Below the pieces are notes generated by a model that made no database searches, was not told the DNA's origin, and saw only the letters and a program-made list of their open reading frames with translations. This document shows, piece after piece, positions 28,313 to 35,233 of a stretch of DNA of 35,233 bases. The stretch covers positions 1 to 35,233 of IMG/VR virus record IMGVR_UViG_2529292998_000007. One strand, written 5' to 3'. Source of the stretch: a virus. Taxonomy: Duplodnaviria; Heunggongvirae; Uroviricota; Caudoviricetes. Positions within the stretch are counted from its first letter, which is position 1. The number at the start of each line of letters is the position of its first letter. A program made the translations under genes and the position numbers.

Positions 28313-28814
28313 TCTTGTATCCTTAGCATAAATTTTTGTACTCTTATAATAAATCGAATACTTTCTATCTACAACTAAGGAACATCAACTAGTTATGTAA
28401 TGCAAATCACATACTCTCGATGTAACCACTGACAGACAAAACACAGATACTGCCGTTATAATTGCCAACGTTACTATTTAAACAATAATTCGTAGGATTC
28501 TATTGCTTTGCTTAGTGGTATATGACCACTGACAGCACGAATGATATACCCAATCCTAATTACAACGAATTAAACTAAGGCTCGCATATAACTCTATCAT
28601 TCTCTATTTCTCAGCAACCTCAAAAACTGTATAAAAACACAGTACCACATAACCACCAAAACAGGGAAGCAAAAAATTAAAGCCCTATTAACTGAATACT
28701 CTTGGTAACACTAATCGGTTTTACGATCTAAAAAATACAAAAACCGAGAATTGATTCAACACTTTGTTTTTTATATAAAAAGATACATTTTAGTACATTT
28801 AATACACTATTTGA

Positions 28815-31079
28815 TTAAAAACCAAACTGCTTATCAACAAGCTGATATGTGAATTTTTTTTCGCCATATACCAATGTCGCTCCACGCGCCAGCGCCTCAA
28901 GTTCCCATCGCTGCGGCCTGATACCGTTCTGAGCAAGGTCAACGCGGATACGGGTGATTTGCATTCGTTCTGACCGGGTCAGTCTGGCCGATGGCGCTAT
29001 TTCATGTGGTTTTAACGGTTTTCCGTTTCTTTGCTGACGGTTTGGTCTTCTCAGGCCGTGTTTTAATGCGCTTCTGAGCGCCCTCACGACCTCCGGGTCA
29101 TTCCATTCGATAACACCGTCATCAACCAGATTAAGCACTGCTGCGGCGTGTTCAGAAGGTGTGGGAGCCGGTAACGAAGCATCACTGCTGGCAGGCTTTC
29201 CACAGTTATTGACAGGACTCCGAGGCGCGGCGATGCCGCTTTTTAAAGTCAAAGGCTCAACGACCGGCACTTTCGGAACAATGCGCCAGTCCGTCGTTCT
29301 GGTGATATGAATATGACGCGCGCCGAGATGCGGCGCGTAAATGCCGACCACTCTCTCGACTTCTTCCTCGTACTCGTTAACTTCATCCGACGGACTACGG
29401 GCAACCCTGACAGTCTGACAATCGCGCGGGACATTTGCCCCGCCCTGCGCGCTGATATACAGCGCAAAATCACCACTGTCTGCGGCGGCGCGTGCAGCCT
29501 CCACGCGTTCGTCAAATTCATCAGCAATGCTGACGCCGCGAGGCAATTTACGTAGCTCACGGTAAGCTCCCATTGTCGGCAGGCCAACCGTTTTAAATTG
29601 CGGGATGCGCCACGTTGACGCCCATGCGGTAACAGCCGCCGCAGTATCTTTCAGCGGTCTGCCGGTATCGTTATCGAGCTGACCGTCCAGTGCATAGCCG
29701 TCGATATTTTTTGAAATGTATTTCGCGATATATCCCGCAGCACCGCCCCGGTTAAGGTGTTTTGCCTGAAAACGGTTTCGCGCGGCTCCTCTTTCGTCGC
29801 CATCCTCTTTGAGCGCATAGCGACGCATGATTTCGATAATCTGGTTACGCTGGCGTTGATTACAAAAAAGCATCATATGCCAGTGCGGCGTTCCGTCGTG
29901 GTGTGGCTCGACGACTCGCAAACCGTAGACCTGTAAATCATTATCCTTGAATGCCGTGCGCATCAGGCTCCAGATACGGCAGAGATAACGCTGCGCATCC
30001 TTTGGATTAAATGCCTCATCGTTCCAGCCGTGATTAAGCTGGACGGTTTTACTTTCGCCTTTTCCGACCTGACGTGTCGGGTGATACTTTGACGGCGCGG
30101 TCAGCGTGATAAACATGCCCACATCGCCCTCTGCGGCGGCGTAACGCTCAATACCGGCAATGGTGTTCATCAGCTCCATCCGGCGAATTTCAGGATTAGA
30201 AATACTGCCCATCACCTTACTGATAAGGTCGATGCGCTCGCCGGTTTCCCTGTTTTCAAGGTCACACGATTTAAGAAATTCCAGATTTGCCTGGCGGCGT
30301 GCACGCACATCACGAATGGCATGTTTACTGGCATAAGGAGAACGGTCTTTATTCACCTCCCCGACAGCAATCAGTAACGCCTCATGCCAGCGCATACGCT
30401 GGCCTTTGAGCTGATGAGTCCACCACTCATCGTTAAACAGACGGGCAATTGCAGAATATGCCTGCCTCGTGGTCATCTGTCCTTTACGATATTTTTTCCA
30501 GTAAAGCGGGGAAATATTGAAAGCACGTGCAGCGCCAGCAACATGACCATACAGATGCGCCTGCGCCTCATCCGTAAACAGCGATTCTTTTTCGCCATGC
30601 GCATCCACCCAGGCATCGCAGAGTTCCTCATACATCATGAAAAGCTGCGATGAGATACGGGCGGCAAACTTTTTCAGCTCCTTGTCATTCATTCCCGGCA
30701 GGCGCGCATACTGGTCGCGCTCTGCCAGAAACAGCAACGACGCGTCGGTGTTCATTTCATGGCGCTGATTCACGCGCTCAATGCGCGGCCATAAACGACG
30801 CTGAAAAGTGGATGTGAGGAAATAAAACCCGTGCACCGGGCTTTTATTGCGCCGGATGTAGTCATAGCGTGAAGTAAACAGCGAGCGCAAAAAGTAAGGC
30901 AGGCGGTTAATCGTGGATAAAACACCTTGCACCTGACGCATCTCGTCACGTGTAAGGGGTCTTTCGCGCCCGACGGCCTCGCGTGGCGCGTTCCATGCAT
31001 AAGCACCGGTAAACGCCTTACCAGTGCCTGCAGCAAATGCTGACGGAGGGACAAAACGCCCGGAGGCTTTAACGGCCAT
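28815..31079 (-). CDS. A: Replication initiation protein A (rolling-circle nicking enzyme)
   Basis: Conserved P2 gpA motifs (HHDGTPHWHMMLF, GAAGYIAKYISKNIDGY with the catalytic Tyr region); start placed at MAVKASGRF, with the six-frame ORF extending 14 codons upstream to 31121. Confidence 0.9.
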   Translation of the reverse strand: MAVKASGRFVPPSAFAAGTGKAFTGAYAWNAPREAVGRERPLTRDEMRQVQGVLSTINRLPYFLRSLFTSRYDYIRRNKSPVHGFYFLTSTFQRRLWPRIERVNQRHEMNTDASLLFLAERDQYARLPGMNDKELKKFAARISSQLFMMYEELCDAWVDAHGEKESLFTDEAQAHLYGHVAGAARAFNISPLYWKKYRKGQMTTRQAYSAIARLFNDEWWTHQLKGQRMRWHEALLIAVGEVNKDRSPYASKHAIRDVRARRQANLEFLKSCDLENRETGERIDLISKVMGSISNPEIRRMELMNTIAGIERYAAAEGDVGMFITLTAPSKYHPTRQVGKGESKTVQLNHGWNDEAFNPKDAQRYLCRIWSLMRTAFKDNDLQVYGLRVVEPHHDGTPHWHMMLFCNQRQRNQIIEIMRRYALKEDGDERGAARNRFQAKHLNRGGAAGYIAKYISKNIDGYALDGQLDNDTGRPLKDTAAAVTAWASTWRIPQFKTVGLPTMGAYRELRKLPRGVSIADEFDERVEAARAAADSGDFALYISAQGGANVPRDCQTVRVARSPSDEVNEYEEEVERVVGIYAPHLGARHIHITRTTDWRIVPKVPVVEPLTLKSGIAAPRSPVNNCGKPASSDASLPAPTPSEHAAAVLNLVDDGVIEWNDPEVVRALRSALKHGLRRPNRQQRNGKPLKPHEIAPSARLTRSERMQITRIRVDLAQNGIRPQRWELEALARGATLVYGEKKFTYQLVDKQFGF

Positions 31080-31344
31080 ATGAGCCAAAAGCCTCTGAAC
31101 AACGCTTGCTGAGTTGCTCAACCTGCGCGTTTAAATCAGCAAAAGACTTTGCGCTTCCGGTCAGAATATCGTGATGCATCAGGCCGGAAACGAGCTGGCT
31201 TAATTTCGGGTAATAACCAACCACCGCCAGCCATTCCTGACCGGCGTTTTTACCGCTTTCCGCTCTCTTTTTCTCGTGGAGAATAAACTGAAAGCTGTCA
31301 CTGGTAACGACATAACGTTCGCCAATTTCAATACGAATACTCAT
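31069..31344 (-). CDS. Hypothetical early protein (P2 orf83-like position)
   Basis: 91-aa ORF in the early operon immediately upstream of A. Confidence 0.55.
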   Translation of the reverse strand: MSIRIEIGERYVVTSDSFQFILHEKKRAESGKNAGQEWLAVVGYYPKLSQLVSGLMHHDILTGSAKSFADLNAQVEQLSKRCSEAFGSYGR

Positions 31345-31565
31345 GCCATTCTCCGGTAATGCTTGTTTTTTGCTTCAAAGACTGACTGGCAGGAAACACT
31401 ACGCGTGGCTGACGGATAAGCCGCACGACGGGCAGCAGGTATTGGCGCGTCACACTCTTCGCAAACCAGCGCAGAAACACCGCAATGCTTTACCCTTGCC
31501 GCGTTAATCTGGCGCTCCAGTAATTCAGCCTGTTGTTCCTGAATAAAATCTACGTTGTCCGGCAT
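31341..31565 (-). CDS. TraR/DksA-family C4 zinc-finger protein (P2 orf82-like)
   Basis: 74 aa with C-x2-C ... C-x2-C spacing (HCGVSALVCEECDAPIPAARR...SCQSV) typical of phage TraR/DksA-like zinc fingers. Confidence 0.65.
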   Translation of the reverse strand: MPDNVDFIQEQQAELLERQINAARVKHCGVSALVCEECDAPIPAARRAAYPSATRSVSCQSVFEAKNKHYRRMA

Positions 31566-31870
31566 TACCAGCTCCTTTTGTCGTTAAGTTTTTTAAATTC
31601 ATCAGCGCAATAGCTGGCAATTTCTGTCGTTAATTTTGTCAGTTCATCCACTGAGGAAATTTGCTTGTGGAATACAGCGCGTTTAACAAGTAAATTGACC
31701 ACATCAGACAGGAGATTTAATTCGTTCTGATAAATCGCGATAACAGACTCAGTTATTTCGCGTTTTTCTTTATCAAGACCAAGTTGAATAAGAGATAAAT
31801 CGCCATTTTTCATAACGGCGATTTTTAAGGCGTTATTCAGTAATACAACTGAACGAGAACAGGACATCAA
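31565..31870 (-). CDS. Hypothetical early protein (P2 orf81-like position)
   Basis: 101-aa ORF whose stop overlaps the next start; early operon context. Confidence 0.55.
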   Translation of the reverse strand: MMSCSRSVVLLNNALKIAVMKNGDLSLIQLGLDKEKREITESVIAIYQNELNLLSDVVNLLVKRAVFHKQISSVDELTKLTTEIASYCADEFKKLNDKRSW

Positions 31871-32091
31871 AGCACCTCCCCGTGAGACAATCCAATATTG
31901 TGAAATTTTTCCGACTCCTGACTGAGCAGCTCGACTATCTCCACGCGGGATAACTCCGCCTTTGTGATGTGGCGAATCATGGCGTCAAGATGAGAAGAAA
32001 AGCGCGTCGCTGCGTCGGCCTGTGCTTCGGTTCTGGCCTGTTGCAGCAGTAATGCGTATTTACCGCACTGATTTTCAGAAACTGTATGCAT
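31867..32091 (-). CDS. Hypothetical early protein (P2 orf80-like position)
   Basis: ORF in the early operon; start placed at the internal Met MHTVSENQ to avoid a long overlap; the six-frame ORF extends to 32124. Confidence 0.5.
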   Translation of the reverse strand: MHTVSENQCGKYALLLQQARTEAQADAATRFSSHLDAMIRHITKAELSRVEIVELLSQESEKFHNIGLSHGEVL

Positions 32092-32154
32092 GACTTTCTC
32101 CAGGCAAAAAGAAGCCCCGCACAATTAAGTGCGTTAAAAACTCTGGTTAATTAC

Positions 32155-32661
32155 TTAATGCAGATATTGCTCTGGTTTTACCGACGTCAGAATTGTCGGT
32201 GCATACTCAAACAGGCTGAATAATTCACGTAATGCACGGAATAAAGCATCACGCCAGTAACATGATTCTTCATTAATTCGCCAGTATGGCTGGTTAAATT
32301 CTTTTTCAGTCAATCCGGCATGCATAAATAAAGTACGACGCTGACTGACTGTTAAAAAACTAATATATGCATACTCACTTGCGCCAACCTGACGGCGTTT
32401 TGAGAATGCCCCACGCAATTCATCAATTGCGCAAACCAGCCGTTCACGTTCGACGTCGTTCATTTCTTCAAAACGCATCGTTGCGTGACGTTGTTTTAAC
32501 TGCGCATGAAAGCAAACTGTTAGCCGTTCGCGCTCCATCATCTGATTATAATAATCACATGTATCCTGCCAGCGAGGAACGGCAAGATGCTTACCAATTA
32601 TCCGACGCATGGTTGCTGGCTGTTTTTCAACGAGATTGAGCGTCATCACTGTCATTTCCAT
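32155..32661 (-). CDS. B: Replication protein B (helicase-loader-like)
   Basis: 168 aa; position downstream of cox and size consistent with P2 gpB. Confidence 0.75.
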   Translation of the reverse strand: MEMTVMTLNLVEKQPATMRRIIGKHLAVPRWQDTCDYYNQMMERERLTVCFHAQLKQRHATMRFEEMNDVERERLVCAIDELRGAFSKRRQVGASEYAYISFLTVSQRRTLFMHAGLTEKEFNQPYWRINEESCYWRDALFRALRELFSLFEYAPTILTSVKPEQYLH

Positions 32662-32822
32662 ACCCTCCGGCTTTTCAGAAAGGTCAGGGCCTTTTTTAAC
32701 GGACTCTGTTTTTTGGTGCGGATAATGATTCCCTTACGCCCCTTACCGTGGGTGATGGTGAAGTCAATCGCCCTAGGGCTTTCGTTACGCAGTAACTGAG
32801 CAATACAACGAGGCTCATTCAT
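32652..32822 (-). CDS. Small basic hypothetical protein (P2 orf78-like position)
   Basis: Lys/Arg-rich ORF between cox and B; start placed at MNEPRCIAQ so that it does not overlap cox. Confidence 0.45.
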   Translation of the reverse strand: MNEPRCIAQLLRNESPRAIDFTITHGKGRKGIIIRTKKQSPLKKALTFLKSRRVWK

Positions 32823-32832
32823 ACGGTTCTCC

Positions 32833-33108
32833 TTAACGTGGTTCACCGAGACCTAACCACATCAACCAGCCGTCACGAATCTCTTTAGGGCGGCTTTCAT
32901 AAGCCAGTTTTAGTCCGTTATTCCATGCCGGAAGGTATACCCAATATTCACCTGCACGACCTGAAGCTGATTGTGGATCGGTCATATCAATTACAGGCAG
33001 CTTTCCTTTATCGATCATCCGACGAACCGCTCCTGTCGATTTTCCTATTAGTTTTGCGAACTCCTGATAAGGAATCGCATCAGTCATGAGTGTTACTTGC
33101 TTGCTCAT
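32833..33108 (-). CDS. cox: Cox: excisionase and transcriptional repressor of the lysogenic promoter
   Basis: 91 aa, the P2 Cox length; first gene of the early operon, divergent from C. Confidence 0.85.
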   Translation of the reverse strand: MSKQVTLMTDAIPYQEFAKLIGKSTGAVRRMIDKGKLPVIDMTDPQSASGRAGEYWVYLPAWNNGLKLAYESRPKEIRDGWLMWLGLGEPR

Positions 33109-33180
33109 GTCGTCCTCCAGCCCTCATGAATTGCGTTTAATGCCTTATAATGCCTTTTAGTGCCCACATCCAAGCACTAA

Positions 33181-33222
33181 ACAATCTACATCTAAACCAA
33201 ATACTATTGAGATCTAAACACC
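33181..33222. promoter_or_regulatory. Immunity switch region: two direct repeats ATCTAAAC (33190-33197 and 33212-33219) flanking a -10-like hexamer on the minus strand; candidate C-repressor operators at the early promoter
   Basis: 8-bp direct repeats spaced 22 bp apart in the cox-C intergenic region; P2-type repressors bind direct repeats flanking the -10 of the early promoter. Confidence 0.5.
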
Positions 33223-33522
33223 ATGTCAAACACGATAAGCGAGAAGATAGTCTTAATGCGAAAATCAGAGTATTTGAGCAGACAACAACTTGCTGATTTA
33301 ACAGGGGTTCCGTATGGCACGCTGAGTTACTATGAAAGTGGTCGTTCAACACCTCCAACAGATGTCATGATGAACATCCTGCAGACCCCACAATTCACCA
33401 AATACACTTTATGGTTCATGACCAATCAGATCGCTCCTGAGTCCGGGCAAATTGCGCCCGCTCTCGCACACTTTGGGCAAAACGAAACAACGTCGCCCCA
33501 CTCCGGTCAAAAGACTGGTTAA
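33223..33522 (+). CDS. C: Immunity repressor C
   Basis: 99 aa, the P2 C length; helix-turn-helix-like segment (LSRQQLADLTGVPYGTLSYYESGR); divergent from cox and upstream of int. Confidence 0.88.
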   Translation: MSNTISEKIVLMRKSEYLSRQQLADLTGVPYGTLSYYESGRSTPPTDVMMNILQTPQFTKYTLWFMTNQIAPESGQIAPALAHFGQNETTSPHSGQKTG

Positions 33523-33637
33523 CAATTCATCGTGAATATATTCATTACAAGTGCCTACTATTGGTGGCTAAATTTCAGCCACCACGAAAAAAGCGATTAG
33601 TAGTCGCAAAAAAACACACCACTCGGAGGGTTTTCTG

Positions 33638-34651
33638 ATGGCAATCAAAAAACTCGATGATGGTCGATATGAAGTGGACATCCGCCCTACTGGACGTAAT
33701 GGAAAACGCATCCGTAGGAAGTTTGATAAGAAAAGCGAAGCTGTCGCTTTCGAGAAATACACGTTGTACAACCACCACAATAAAGAATGGCTATCAAAAC
33801 CAACAGACAAACGACGTCTGTCGGAACTGACACAGATCTGGTGGGATTTAAAGGGTAAACACGAAGAGCATGGGAAATCTAATCTTGGAAAAATTGAAAT
33901 CTTCACAAAAATAACGAATGACCCATGCGCATTTCAAATCACGAAATCCCTTATCAGCCAGTACTGCGCCACCCGAAGAAGTCAGGGTATTAAACCTTCG
34001 AGTATCAATCGTGATTTAACATGTATTAGCGGCATGTTTACAGCCCTGATTGAAGCGGAGTTATTCTTTGGTGAGCACCCTATCAGAGGGACAAAGAGGC
34101 TTAAGGAGGAAAAACCAGAAACAGGCTATCTCACACAGGAAGAAATTGCCTTACTGCTTGCAGCACTTGACGGCGACAATAAAAAGATTGCGATTCTTTG
34201 CCTGAGTACAGGAGCACGTTGGGGAGAAGCAGCTCGTTTGAAAGCAGAAAATATCATCCATAACCGCGTCACGTTTGTTAAAACGAAAACAAACAAACCA
34301 CGCACCGTCCCGATCTCAGAGGCTGTTGCCAAAATGATCGCGGATAACAAACGAGGTTTTTTATTCCCTGATGCTGATTACCCTCGCTTCAGACGAACAA
34401 TGAAAGCAATAAAACCGGATTTGCCAATGGGGCAAGCCACACATGCACTAAGGCACAGCTTTGCCACTCATTTCATGATTAATGGAGGAAGTATTATCAC
34501 GCTACAACGGATACTAGGTCACACGCGGATTGAGCAAACGATGGTTTACGCTCATTTTGCGCCAGAGTACCTTCAGGACGCCATTTCTCTTAATCCGCTA
34601 AGAGGTGGTACTGAGGCCGAGAGTGTCCACACAGTGTCCACAGTAGAGTAA
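33638..34651 (+). CDS. int: Tyrosine site-specific integrase (P2 Int family)
   Basis: 337 aa, the P2 Int length; C-terminal catalytic signature HALRHSFATH...LGHTRIEQTMVYAHF with the conserved R, H-x-x-R and Tyr; adjacent to attR. Confidence 0.9.
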   Translation: MAIKKLDDGRYEVDIRPTGRNGKRIRRKFDKKSEAVAFEKYTLYNHHNKEWLSKPTDKRRLSELTQIWWDLKGKHEEHGKSNLGKIEIFTKITNDPCAFQITKSLISQYCATRRSQGIKPSSINRDLTCISGMFTALIEAELFFGEHPIRGTKRLKEEKPETGYLTQEEIALLLAALDGDNKKIAILCLSTGARWGEAARLKAENIIHNRVTFVKTKTNKPRTVPISEAVAKMIADNKRGFLFPDADYPRFRRTMKAIKPDLPMGQATHALRHSFATHFMINGGSIITLQRILGHTRIEQTMVYAHFAPEYLQDAISLNPLRGGTEAESVHTVSTVE

Positions 34652-34730
34652 CGTTTAAGGGCTTTCAGTGGTAATTTATGCCGCTCAAACCCGCATTGTA
34701 CCGTTGAAAGCCCCTACTGGTGACACCCTG

Positions 34731-34758
34731 AATCTCCCTTACACGGGCTTATTTTTTA
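34731..34758. repeat. attR core: second copy of the 28-bp direct repeat AATCTCCCTTACACGGGCTTATTTTTTA
   Basis: Identical to 1507-1534; lies 80 bp downstream of the int stop. Confidence 0.85.
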
Positions 34759-34915
34759 TGCATAAGCCCTATCCCTGGTCACCGTCTTCCATTGACCACA
34801 TCGATAGAATCTCCCTTCATAGCACGATGCCTTTCACGTAACGGCATCGTGCTCGCACAGGTTCCGGCTAAGCACAACCAGAACGCGCATGTTTGACGCT
34901 TACCAAAAAATATTC

Positions 34916-35233
34916 TCACTCTCCACATTTGAATGTCAGACGAGCGACGCCATGTAATCCTGCACCTTCTGTCTTCAGGTCAACTATCTGCATTTTTTTG
35001 CCCTGAGTAACACAGAAATGGGCTGCATCATTTTTTACTATATTTTCTGCACCAGATATTCTGCCCCTGGCTAAAGAAGCTTCGGCTTCGGTGTAGTATT
35101 GGTTATCGAGTTTACGCTGAATATTACTTTTATATGCAAGACCAAATTTACCGATACTTGTCTCATCATTATGCACAGCACAACCAGACATAATAAAAAT
35201 ACTAATTAATGATATAGCAGCTATCTTTTTCAT
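34916..35233 (-). CDS. yegR: Small lipoprotein, probable YegR homolog (host flank)
   Basis: 105-aa ORF with signal peptide and lipobox (MKKIAAISLISIFIMSGC); its ATG is the last three bases of the window; position matches the K-12 cyaR-ogrK-yegZ-yegR region. Identity recalled, not searched. Confidence 0.55.
   Translation of the reverse strand: MKKIAAISLISIFIMSGCAVHNDETSIGKFGLAYKSNIQRKLDNQYYTEAEASLARGRISGAENIVKNDAAHFCVTQGKKMQIVDLKTEGAGLHGVARLTFKCGE

Larger units (their letters stand above)
1507..34758. mobile_element. P2-like temperate prophage (Peduovirus-type), apparently intact
   Basis: Bounded by the 28-bp direct repeats; contains a full P2 gene order from ogr to int, a P2-type cos sequence, and an integrase next to attR. 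Confidence 0.9.

Noticed and set aside
28425-28535. Possible CRISPR-like or tandem array suggested by the repeated ACCACTGACAG motif
   Set aside because: Only two copies, 100 bp apart, with no regular repeat-spacer periodicity and no cas genes; more consistent with paired regulatory sites.

Overview
The window is an essentially complete P2-like (Peduovirus-type) prophage of about 33.2 kb in an enterobacterial chromosome, integrated into the 3' end of the sRNA gene cyaR between yegQ (left flank) and a small lipoprotein gene resembling yegR (right flank). A 28-bp perfect direct repeat marks attL (1507-1534) and attR (34731-34758). Gene order follows the P2 prophage map: ogr-D-U-T-E/E'-FII-FI-[cargo]-G-H-I-J-W-V-[cargo]-S-R-lysCBA-K-Y-X-L-M-N-O / P-Q-cos-[cargo cassette]-A-small orfs-B-cox / C-int. 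Three AT-rich insertions interrupt the conserved backbone at positions known to be variable in P2-like phages. The most notable is a four-gene, translationally coupled cassette between cos and the replication gene A, where P2 itself carries tin/old. It encodes a 645-aa Rad50/SbcC/RloC-like ABC ATPase with a central CxxC-x13-CxxC zinc-hook-like motif plus three small proteins with no family I can assign; I consider it the best candidate for an uncharacterised anti-phage system. The other two are a 310-aa protein at the Z/fun position and a 261-aa predicted membrane protein between S and V. All functional calls rest on reading the translated ORFs and recalled family knowledge; no database search was run.
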